Positions 13,701-25,018 of a stretch of DNA of 64,000 bases are shown here, piece after piece. Position 1 is the stretch's first letter, and every line of letters starts with the position of its first letter. The notes under the pieces are model-generated. The model searched no databases, was not told the origin of the DNA, and saw only the letters and a program-made list of their open reading frames with translations. The translations under genes and the position numbers were made by a program. The stretch is from Adineta vaga (lineage: Eukaryota; Animalia; Rotifera): contig CP075495.1 in NCBI GenBank assembly GCA_021613535.1, forward strand, positions 16,210,842 through 16,274,841, read 5' to 3'.

Positions 13701-16256
13701 GAAAGAAAGACAAATTAGAAATTATATAGACAAACATATAATAATTAGAATTTTCAGCTTTCCTTACTTCTTTTTTGTAGTTAAATTGATTCAAATGACA
13801 CTAAAATAATCATCTGACGTTAGATAGTTGACTTGTATATCAAAGCCATTAACAACTGCTAATCTTTGAATAAATCTGTCAGCTATTAATTATAAATATT
13901 CTCCAGTCAAGGAAATTCTGATAATGTGAACTTGCAAACATTTGTTTCTCTGTATGTTTAGGACACAGCTTTAACACCTTCTTTCTCTACATCACTTGGT
14001 CCTACTGGTGATTTAAATTTCTATCCAGGTATAAGTGCCATCGGTGGATATGTGTACTCAACAGTTTCTTCCTATGTTGCTACGATGAGCAAACTGTCAG
14101 CAGCATATAATACAGTTTCTGGTACAAGTATGGCTAGTCCTTATATGGCTGGGTAAGTCTCATTATGTATGTTAATAGAAAATTTCCATCAAATAATCAA
14201 TCACATACTGATAATAGTTGGATTTTAATTACTAAAATGATCATAAACAATTATTTTGATTTTTGATTCATTTAGATTTCGATAATTAATATAACTTGTT
14301 TTTTGTTTCTACTTGAAGAATATTAGCACTATTCTTATCCAACATTGATAATCCTCCTCCATACACAGTTAACGGTACTGCATCAAATGGTAAATGTCGT
14401 CCGAAGTTCTCTCTTGTCAAAGATATATTTCAATCAACTGCTCATATGGTCAATATATACAATTCTTCACTTCTTGCTAGTGCTATTCAACAAGGAGCTG
14501 GACTAGTACAAGCTAACAAAGGTATCACTACTACAACTCTCGTCTCTCCAAGTACACTCTCACTAAATGATACAGTGAGAAAACACTCATCATACAAAGT
14601 TACCGTAACAAATATTGGAAATACAAAAGCTATGTATAAAGTGAATCATGTTGGAGCAGCACTTGCTACCGGATTAGCAGTATCAGGTATCGAAACACTT
14701 CTTGTTGAAACCATCTATTCTGAAGATTTCGCTGTAAGTTGCAAATTAGCAATTCATCTAAATTAACCAGAGAATCCAGGAAATAAACGATAAAGATGAA
14801 TTTTGGATAGTAAAAGAAAGGGAAATATATTCGTTTATTTACTAATTTTAAAGATACTTTTCTTATATATTTTACTCATATAAAATCTTTTTGTTATTGT
14901 AACATATTCCAGAAAGTAATTATTTACCCATCTAAATTTGAACTTCAACCTGGAGATACACAAAAAATAACACTTGGATTCCATGAACCTTCGAAAGCTG
15001 ATCGAAATCTTCTTCCAGTATATTCTGGTTATATTAATGTTCAAAACACAAACGATAATGAAACGACTCATGTTTCATGTAAATCCTTTAGCTTGATCAT
15101 TTGATTTCAATATTACTTTATCTTTATCTTTATTTGATTTGTGTTGAATAGATGCTGGTATAGTAGGTGATTATAGTAAACTACCGATTACTTTTCAAAA
15201 TTCGGCTGACGGATATATCACAGGAATCCAAGATGTGAATGGAACTTATGTGACTGATGAACCAATTTCAACATTAAATTGTACTGAAAGGTGTTTTATC
15301 ATTGTGGTACTGGCATATCCAACACGACTTCTTAAAGTAGAAGCTATTTCAACAGCAGATGATACAAAGTAACACTCATTTGGCTGTTAACTCTTTTAGT
15401 TATTCCCAAAGATAGGAAGTTTTTCTTAGTACACTTTCACTTTTTCGAAAGTAATTGTTCTTCATTACTCCTAGAGTTTCTCAACTACTTATTCTCATCA
15501 GAAAAAAATATAGTTATAAACTTTCAGGAGTCCTATGAATAGTTGCTGAATCTCTTTATTAACAAATAATAAATTAGTTGCATTTTCTAAAGAATAAATA
15601 AACTTTAGTAGTTATAAATTTGATTAATTTAATACTGACTATTGATGATCAGCTGATTTCATTAGAAATAGAATAGGAAAATGTGAAAAAGTGATGAGAA
15701 TATTTCCATTATTCATTGATACTCTTCCCTAGATCTCTTCGATAATTAGAATAGAGTGACGTACTTGCAAGAGAAAAAAAGTCACATTCTTCAACATTCA
15801 AATGGCCCCAAATTATTGAGAGCAGCTTAAAATAAACACAGATGTCCGAATAAATTTTCTGCTCACTCTCTGCATCTAGAATTTGTTTTCGGTATATAAA
15901 CTTGTATGTTTATAAATGGATGTAGTTCTCGAAAAATTATTTCTTTATTTTCCAGTCATGGTGTGCTATATAGTGCGGAAGATTATTATTTCGACATACC
16001 TGGCGACCTAATCGGTTATCATTATGCTGAAGACTTGCCAAGAAATTTGCCAACTTCCTTCCCTTATTATGTAATGACCTGGTATGGTGAAACTGGTAAA
16101 ATATCAATGACAGAAGAACAACCAGATGGTCCAGTTACTAAACTTCCTGACGATCAATACAGGATTCAGTTTTCAGTCCTTCAACATTTTGGTGATCCAG
16201 CAAATCCAAGTGACTATGCGGTTTATCACTCACCACCGTTCAATCTTGTTCAGTAA
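10772..16256 (+). CDS. S8 subtilisin-like serine peptidase, fungal Vpr/pyrolysin-like type (propeptide, catalytic domain with PA insert, Fn3-like/DUF1034 domain); probably the C-terminal part of gene A
   Basis: Exons 10772-11244, 11324-11411, 11472-11555, 11611-11721, 11783-11818, 11895-11945, 12485-12565, 12615-12830, 12884-13063, 13114-13235, 13962-14152, 14319-14733, 14913-15078, 15152-15368 and 15956-16256 splice in frame. Triad motifs IIDSGIDYTHPALGGCFG, HGTHVAGII and GTSMASP are present, plus QQGAGLV and LPVYSGYI. Confidence 0.9.
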
Positions 16257-16493
16257 CTAAACATAAACATTAATCATTACTTCATTTCTTTTAAGATTTC
16301 TTTTCGTAACGACTCTTTCATCTTTCGTCCTTTTCTATTTATTATTGATATAATCATGGAATTCAACTAATCATACAGAAATAAAACAAAAAAGTTTGAT
16401 CGTATCGAAGTTGTGAATATAACGGGTGCGTCAGAATAGATGGCGGTCTCAGTATTTTCTTTACTGACATCTCGCTCATTTCTCTCCCGAGTA

Positions 16494-18666
16494 CACTGTA
16501 AAAAAAAAGGAGTTTTGCCGAACCATAAAAGGATCTTCCCCTCGATACACGGTCCGATCCTTTTTTGGATTCGTAATACAATAGTTCCGAGTAGAACCTT
16601 TCTCGGAAAATAGCGATCAAAGGTTCAGTAGCAAAAGGTTCCGTCCGGAACCATTTAATTAACCAATAATAAAAGGTTTCGTACGAAACCAATTAATAAA
16701 TAAATCGCTGAAAGGTTCCGTTATCGCTCATAGCAACGAAACTAATCATCTAACAAAAAAAATTTTGAGAGCACATCTCTCGAACACTCCTTTCGGACTA
16801 TTAATAGACGGACCGCCGGTTGATAGGTCGACGGTAGGTGGACGAGATGAATGACCCTACCAGATGAACTAGTAAAAAACATAAAAATGAAAAATGTAGA
16901 AATATTTTCAAGGTCTCACCTGACGGACTATTGATAGATTGACGGCGGACGAGATGAATGATCATAGCTGACGAACTATTGAAAAATATAAAAATGAAAT
17001 GGAAATGAAAAATGCATGGATATTTATAAGCTCTCACCTGACGGACTATTTATAGGTCTACGTCCGGCTCTATCAATAGTCTTATATTTGAATTGTATTG
17101 TGAGATGCTTTGAGGAATATTCAACAGTGCTTTCAACACTTTTAATAGCTCGTCTCGTGCCTGCCAGAGTGGCGTCTAGAATCAAGTATATCAGCGTGGT
17201 CATAGCTATTGGTGGCTCAGTGTAGGTTATACGGAACTATCTGCACTGTTGTGATGTATACCAAATTATATGTCGTTGCCCGTTAGCTTTGCCAAACTAT
17301 TACCGATTAATGGCGACCGCTAGTCGTTTGAAAAAAGATTGCCCAGAGCTATACGGGATGACACCAAACTATTGTCGGTTCAGTAGGAGAGAAACAGAAC
17401 CTTCTTTATAATCGCTGGGTTGCTGATAGTTTCGTATAAAATATCCTGGACCACTGTGAAACACAGTCAAGCGTCTTTGGTTTCGTGCACAACATTCAGA
17501 ACTATCAGGAGTTGGGTGCCGAACTTCTGACGAGTTGCAGGTACTCCGGAGGATTGGTATGTGTTTTACGAAATTGTGAACCGTCTGATACGAAGCCTAC
17601 CAAACCTGCAAAGGTTTGGTGGAAATATTAATTAACTCTCAAGGACATATCAATATATGATTAGTTTTGTGTAACTAGTACTAAACCTTCAGTCTTTGCA
17701 CTGAATCCTATGGGGTTGGATGGGAAATGCTCTAAACTTTCCTAAAAGTGACGAAACCATCGATGTTCGGTATGAAACTATCGGAACCTTCATATAGTAT
17801 AGAAAATATACTAAACGTATTGTTTGACTATGAAATGGTTAATAGTTCCGTGAACACGTGACAGAACTATGTATGGTTCTGTATAAATTGTGCTTTACCT
17901 TTATGTCTTTGTACGAAACTATCGCTCGTTTTGTCTTGATAAGCGAAACCTTTATGTGAATAATTGGCTGATGAAAAGTTTCGCATGAAGCATACTGGAC
18001 CTTCATAAACGTAAATAAACTGTTCCTGGTTCAGTAGATAATAGACAGAACCATCGCTAGTTTGGTCATGAATTTACTAAACTTTTGAGAAATTTCGAAG
18101 CTTTTAAAGATTCGTCCAAGTTATACGAAACTAAGAGCCGATCGGCATCGATTTTACCGAACCTTTAAATGATATACTAAACCGTGAATGGTTTCGGATA
18201 GATTCTACTGAGCTTTGAAGGATTTGCAAACTTTGCATTGGTTTCGAGTAACTGGCGCCAAACCTTTAGTACATATGCGTAACCATGTCTCGTTCAGATA
18301 AAAATATTCTGAACTTTTCGAAAAGTGCCGAACCTTCGATGGTACAGTACGAAATATACTGAACCAGCAAGTGGGCTAAGAAACCAGGAATAGTTTCGTA
18401 GAAAATAGACTAAACCTTTCTTCAAAGTGCGAAACCGATGATAGTTCTGTGGACATGTTACTGAACTATCAATGGTTTAACGAGCCACATAAAAAACCTT
18501 CAGATAGTTTTTTTCGAGAACCACCGAACCTTCTCGGTTCTGCTGAACTTAAAATAGTTAAGTAGATCAAGCACGAAACCTTTTCCATTTTTCTGAACTT
18601 AAAATCGATCGGTGACAGCACAGGAAACCTTTTAGGTTCGGTAAAACACCAATTTTTTTTACAGTG
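16494..18666. mobile_element. Non-autonomous CACTG-terminated (CMC/EnSpm-like) DNA transposon
   Basis: TIRs CACTGTAAAAAAAA..GTTTTGCCGAACC..AAAAGG and CCTTTTAGGTTCGGTAAAAC..TTTTTTTTACAGTG, with TA on both flanks. The interior is full of degenerate (C)CGAACC/GGTTC(G) motifs in both orientations. No transposase ORF. Confidence 0.85.
16795..17055. repeat. About 2.2 tandem copies of a ~120-bp unit inside the CACTG element
   Basis: The unit GGACTATT..GACGAGATGAATGA..ATAAAAATGAAA..TCTCACCTGAC repeats directly. Confidence 0.7.
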
Positions 18667-18668
18667 TA

Positions 18669-19900
18669 TAAAAACACGTATTAATGAGCACTTGGTAGAT
18701 CAAAGAAAATATGTACCTTTAACTGTCAAAATACCAGAAATAACATTAAATTTAGATCAATTACAAATTACAACACATTCTACTGATAATGCTAATGTAA
18801 ATGTAATACCAAACAAACCTGTGATTCAAAATGTTTCCGATCAGAGGACACTATTACAGAAGCTACCCGCTTTATCCATTAAAACCAAAAAAAAGAACAG
18901 TAAATTTGATAAAAATAAAGTACAAAAGAAGGTTAATAAAAAAAATCAAAAGTTAAAAAAATCGCAAACATCCTTCAAAAGGCTGACCTTGATGAAGTAC
19001 TTGAAAATACTGTTCAACATCAACCAAATAAAAATAAATTCACCAATCAATCAGCATTAAGCAAACATTATATTTCAACTGGACATCTGTTCAAATATGA
19101 TGATTTTAAAATAGTGTTATCGGAAAAACATAAATACAAGTTGTTAATAAAAGAATCTTTACTGATAAAACAGAAGAATCCAGAATTAAATAAAACTGTT
19201 CGTTCATTTCCATTATACATTTATCCCGACGGACCACCACCAAAGAACAGACCAAATATCAACCCAGTTCCTCCAACTACAATAACTACTAACCAAATAC
19301 AAAGTAACGAAGCTACTTTCTAGATTAGATGATGTACACTAGTTCTGTTTTAGATCACCCACCAACTATCAACCTATACCCTATCAACTCATAACCTATC
19401 CATATTATCATCCAAAACAGCCTGCAAAGTAAAGATCCATCCCTTCATTTCATATCCTACAGAAACTACTATTAGAGATAAACCCCAGCAAATATAACCC
19501 ACAATCTACATATCACCACAAAACAACAACTTTGCGTACTCCAACTATACTTATCCAATACTTCACATACCACATTCCATTATCAACTAAAAACAACAAA
19601 ATCCTTCGCATTAAATCCACAATAGCAAATAAACCACTCAACATTCAAACATTCAGTTAGCTCCTCTCAATCAACCCTAATTATTCTATCAATCATTTAA
19701 TACATTAAACTATGTTTTCCTCATTATATTCTTACTCACTTCTATTACATTATTATTTCATTATTAAACTCTGTCCATTCTTCATTAGCTTATATAGTCA
19801 TTATCATTAACATATTAACATATTTGGTTGAAAATGATCGAAAGAAGATCGAAAATTTTCGAAAGCAAATAAAATTTTGTTTTGAATTCATTATCTACTA
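18669..19900 (+). mobile_element. Penelope-like retroelement 3' fragment (frameshifted GIY-YIG endonuclease C-terminus and 3' region)
   Basis: Translates to IKTRINEH ... QSALSKHYISTGHLFKYDDFKIVLSEKHKYKLLIKESLLIKQKNPELNKTVRSFPLYIY, typical of the PLE GIY-YIG C-terminus. Confidence 0.8.
19821..19870 (+). ncRNA. Degenerate minimal hammerhead-like motif (U3-A8 variant) of the PLE fragment
   Basis: TTGAAAA-T-GATC(gaaagaa)GATC-GAAA-ATTTTC. Stem II and a palindromic stem III are present, but stem I does not pair contiguously. Confidence 0.45.
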
Positions 19901-20749
19901 TTTCTTCATTATTATCATTATATATTATAAATTGTTAAAAAATTTCTCATGTTCATCTATTTATCATGACATAAATGATCCTAATGTTCATATATAAATG
20001 AATCGTGAATATGGTAAAAATTGAATATCTCCTTCTAGAGTCGCCAAGGGCAGCTAATATTTTAACCTTATTATATTGGCGGTGAGAGCTTTCTTTTGAT
20101 GTAAGAATATCTAGTCTTTTCGCCCAACAATACACACACTTCCATTGTCAGAAATAATTGCATGGATAAAAAGTTATAAAATCCATTTTTTGACAAAATC
20201 TGAGGGATACCAGGGGTATTTTGTTCGATGTTCAAACCGGCAAAAACCGTCGCAGACCGACCGCTTGAATCATTCCAGCTGGTCCGTTCCGGCACCGATT
20301 ACAACTCTGAGCAAAGAACTCATTCGATGTAAGCCATCCAACAAACCTAATGGCATTATCAACTAAGACAAAAAACTACTCGACCAAGTCTAACAACCAT
20401 TTTTCTTTCACATTTCGATGATATCTATATAACACTTAGACTACTTTCACTAGACTAAACAAAATTTCTTCTAACATATTTCTTCTTTTCATTGAATATA
20501 TTCAACATCTAGTGCCCTCTTTCTACTACTCTATACATTATCATCAAATACATAGTCACTTTTTCTTTCTTCATCTAAGATCATATATCGATTTACCTCA
20601 TTCAAACACCACCATCAAGCAACATCATTATATTCTTTTTTGTGTGATATCTATTGTTCTTTACTTACTATTAAGTTAGTTTGTAAAGATCTGTATGTAT
20701 TATTATAATTCGTTTATGATTTTCGTAATCATTTAAAACAATTATAGCA

Positions 20750-21174
20750 GAGTCGAAGCCAACTGAGGATGACATTTCTTTACAATGGGGAAATCGTGAA
20801 ATTCGTAACGATCTTGGCATCCGTGACTCGCACCCTCACCCTCACAATAACATGGGTAAGTGTGTGCGGAGGGTGTCGATGTGACTTCCTTAGTATGGGT
20901 CGTCTCAGGTGTGAGTGCAGGTGTCGGCGGTTTATTGTGCACTCATGCTCATAACCGTTTAAGACCGTTGGAGACGCTGTTTCCGACGGCTGGAATAATT
21001 GTCCTGCGAACAGTGATCATTTTGTTTTGGAAAGCTATGAGTTAAGCAAAAGGAATTTAGCCGCATCTTTGCAGGAAGTCGCCAGGTCAATTCTTTTTAC
21101 CATTCACACACACAAAAATACTTCTGCCTTCCACAGTCGAGGGTTAAGTGAGCCGAAACAGCGAACTTTAATTG
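20750..21174 (+). mobile_element. Helentron-associated non-autonomous element (HINE), 3' part
   Basis: Ends in CAGTCGAGGGTTAAGTGAGCCGAAACAGCGAACTT, homologous to the Helentron end at 49749-49790 and to the HINE end at 22063. The 5' boundary is uncertain. Confidence 0.65.
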
Positions 21175-21705
21175 TTTGTGTTAACAATGACGAGATTGGT
21201 GAGAGAGAACTACCATATTAAAGTAAAGAGAATTATATCAAAATAAATATAGAGATAAAAGCTCTAGCAAATTGCTGAATAAATACACAGGTAAAAAAAA
21301 GATGAAGACAGAAAGAAAATGAAGATAAATATAATGTCTTTTCAGTATATTAAATAGAGTATCTGTATGTTGCAAATTGTTTTATTAAATAGAATGATAT
21401 GGTAATAAAAAGATAGATGAAAATTTGTTAACCTAAGAGATAATAGAATGATTAGAAAAAGAACAGTATAAGCAATAAGTTACATGATGTTTGCATTACA
21501 TTTGCTCGACAATACAGATAAAATAATCATAAGATAGATAAAAGAGAAAGAGAAGATTAGAAAATTATATATAGTGCAATTAAAAACGAAATTGTAAGAA
21601 AAGATTTTATAAGGTAAGAGTAAAATAAAAAAACATGTTTTATGTTTTTTATATTAAATTTTTACATATATTTGATTAATCTATTTCTGTTTTAGATATA
21701 TCGCT

Positions 21706-24637
21706 ATGACATCGATTGATAAAACGAAATATAGTGAAGTAACTACAAATGATGAACGAGCAGATTTCATTTCGACAGTAACTCAAAAAGAACATCGATT
21801 AAAGAAACAGTGAATATTTTAGATACATACATTACAAATAAAGTTAAGTATATCTTTGTATTGTCTTTAGATCATTATGGTCAATCACTTTCCCAGAAAA
21901 CCGAATGAAAATCATTTGCACATTTCTGATGCTTATTTTTATTGTGATTAGTGTGATACTATTCTTTAATTCGTCTCAATCATCATTATCTAAAAATATT
22001 TCTGCAGAAAATGATCAAAGTAATGAATATTTCAAAGTTATGATTTATCACTCTGTAATCTACAAGTAACGCTCGCCGTGTCGACTCACTCAGCTCTCGA
22101 ATGTGGAGGACACTTATTTTTTGCGTGTGTCAAAAGTAAGACAGGTGGCTTAGCAGGTTTATATACGAGGAAACGGCTCAAATGTTTCTCCTCAATTATT
22201 TCTTAATTTCCTAGAACAGAAAACTGAATTTTTCCTTAAAAGTCATTTCCATCAAAACCTAACTATACAACTCCACCCATACCGCCACCCAGAGTTTCAC
22301 ATACCAGCTAGGCCCATATTCCCGTCCATAGTCTGACCCAAAATCCACCCATGATTTCACTCATCACGCAGGTGCATACCCTCACCCACCATCCCCAACC
22401 CATAGTCTCACTCACCATCCACGTCCATATCCGCATCCATGGTTTCACCCAACATATAGGCCATACTCACTGAAACTAATTTCAAACCAGCCTTCACCCA
22501 AATGTTTTTTTGACCTTTGACCTTGACACAAATTTACAAACAAACGAACTATTTTTTCATATGAGCCTCCTTACAGTCGAGGAAACAATAGTACCCAAAA
22601 GGATATCATACCATAAAAGGATATATTCTGTCCTTATTTATTACTTTCTCCTTGTTTGATAATTTGTCCTTATTTCGCATGCTATTCTTTTTATCTTTTG
22701 TTCGACTCTTTTTCGGAGGCGTATACAAATACCTCTATTTTATAAGACCAATACGAGATGCAATAAGAAGAAAGGCACGACGACGCAATACAATAAGCAC
22801 TAGAGCCACTTCAATCTAACAGCGTCGCAAGCAACCCACACCCTCGCTGTTCTATCCAGAGATGGGCAACTTCGCGAGTAAACAACTCCAACTTCATTTC
22901 AACTCCGATTTATAAAATCCAAATGGAATGAACATTAAACTTAAAAAGAATGCTTTTAACATTAATTTAGATTTACTACGAACATCAATAATAATCATTT
23001 GTCATTTACAGAAGTTTTATATCTTTGCAAAATTTCCATAGATGTAATAGATTTGAGTCAATCGATCACGATTACATTTGATAAATGTTAGTTTAGCTAA
23101 TGTATCTCTTGATATCTCTATTTTTCTCTTTCGTTGCATTTAGCTAAGATCCCCTATATAGTTTTTTTTGTCGTTCTTTTATTAGTCATAACATCAGTTA
23201 TAGTTCAACTGACGTTGGAAAATAGTGCCAACTCCAACTCCGCTCAGAAGCATTCGAACGCCACTCGAACTCAATACCCCATTAAAAACAAATCTATACC
23301 ATCTCAACACCCACTCCAGGAAAAATCATTAACTCAGGAACTGAAGTTGCCCATCAATGATTCCATCCACCATAACTTCTGTCTGCCGCCATCCAAACAC
23401 ACACCCACTAAAAACATCAACCCATCATACAAGCAATACTTCGCCACCTGAGCCCACATCTTCACCGTCACCCTCACCCGCCAACCAAACCTACGATTAA
23501 AATTTCCACCAAGCTCCACACACTCATCTATGTTCTCACCCTCACCCTCACCCATATCCATACACCCCACTCGACGTTGCCCCATTCTACTATCAATTTT
23601 CGATGTTAGGGACTATTTTAGAAAAAATGTTTTTTTTGACCTTTGACCCTAACACAAATTTACAAACAGACAAACAGACAAACTTCTTTTTTTTTCGTAT
23701 GACCCTCCTTACAGTCGAGGGAATAAATAATGAATAACTTTTTATAGCAGATACAATTCTTCAACTACGATCCCATAAAAAACGTGAAGTAATTGATTTT
23801 ATATCTATTTATAATTCATTTATTTATTTCCATTTATTTATTTGATAGAGACGTCGATTACCAGATACTCTTGGCCATATGAATATTTATATAGACAGAT
23901 ATAATCGAGACAAATATTATCCACATCGTTTTCCAGTTGCTCGATATGATCGACGTCGCATGCGTTCGTTTTATTTTGTTTGTTGTCTTTATTGGACAAG
24001 TTTCATTTTTATTTCTATTTTCTAGCATTACGTGGTCCATTTCTCAGTTTTATGCCACGGGTTCCTATATTTGCTGATCGATTAACTAAACAAACAATTA
24101 TATTTTCATCATCAGGCGGTATTAAATGTTTTTAATGAATTGTAGTAATAATTTTGTTATTTTATTTTTAGTTTATATTCTGCCACCGTTGATCAATATC
24201 TACGGTCAATTATTTTCAGTAGCTCAACTTATTGCTTCAGGTTCTGCAAGTTTAGTAAGTAGTGGATCAGCATTGAATGGAAACATTGATATGCTTCATT
24301 ATTTTCAACCACAGCCTTGTAAGCTTTTATTATCTTTATTTATGATTATTGTAAGATATTTTGTTACTGTATCAATTAGTACTTGGTCCAGGTATTCCTG
24401 TGATCAATCCTTTAATAGGTGGTTTTACTGGTGGTATGTATGGTAATTTTGGTTCATTTCGAAAAACTCGAGATTATGAATCACCATCAAATATTGATTA
24501 TTCATATGAAAGAGATGATGATGATGATAGTTATGAGGAAGAAGAAAGAAAACCAAACCGTTATCGACGTCCATACAATTCATATAGAAATACCAGAAAA
24601 CCATATAAGACAACCAGATATTCAAGTACAATATCGA
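21706..24637 (+). CDS. Gene B, N-terminal module paralogous to gene A. Exons 21706-21809, 21871-22019, 23748-23788, 23849-23963, 24026-24118, 24172-24318, 24380-24637 (or 24625)
   Basis: Same intron positions and phases as gene A. TM IICTFLMLIFIVISVILFF, then KKRERRR (furin-like site). The conserved domain is 92/107 aa identical to gene A by manual alignment. Ends at a phase-1 donor (A|GTGAGT at 24638, or A|GTACAA at 24626). Confidence 0.85.
22063..23725 (-). mobile_element. Two HINE-type (Helentron non-autonomous) pieces in intron 2 of gene B, about 22063-22590 and a second piece ending at 23725
   Basis: The terminus CAAGTAACGCTCGCCGTGTCGACTCACTCAGCTCTCGA matches the reverse complement of the Helentron end. 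SubTIR CCTCCTTACAGTCGAGG occurs at about 22566 and 23704. TGACCTTTGACC and CAAACAGACAAAC microsatellite motifs and a C-rich interior are present. Confidence 0.7.
22857..23359. mobile_element. hAT-type MITE nested in the HINE
   Basis: TIRs CAGAGATGGGCAACTTC and GAAGTTGCCCATCAATG. Flanks GTTCTATC / ATTCCATC give an 8-bp TSD with 2 mismatches. Confidence 0.7.
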
Positions 24638-25018
24638 GTGAGTCAAAAGTTGCCTAACAGTTTGTTTTGGATACCATATATGTCAGGTTCAGAGAACCGT
24701 CATGTCTACACCTTCTTTTTTCAGCAGTATCTTCAAATGAACTAAAAATTTGGATTTACTATTGATTTTACTTATGAATTTTCAGATGTATACACCAAAT
24801 CACAGACAAATTTTTTACATGATACCACGAACGTTCTTTGAAGAACTGTTCAAGATGACTATGAGTAAATAAGAGTCATGCTTACATGTACCCTTAAAAC
24901 TATACTCGCATACACTAATAGAAAGCAGAAAAGTGTTGTATTTGAATAATATTTTGTAATATTAGGATCTTTAACATTGTCTATATTTCTATTTTGATTC
25001 TCTATTATTCTGTTTCAG

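Noticed and set aside
23134-23585. Short ORFs with hydrophobic or low-complexity content
   Set aside because: They lie within MITE/HINE sequence in an intron and are probably spurious.
24788-24864. Extra exon in the last intron of gene B
   Set aside because: It contains an in-frame TGA in the required phase and the region looks like a transposon remnant.
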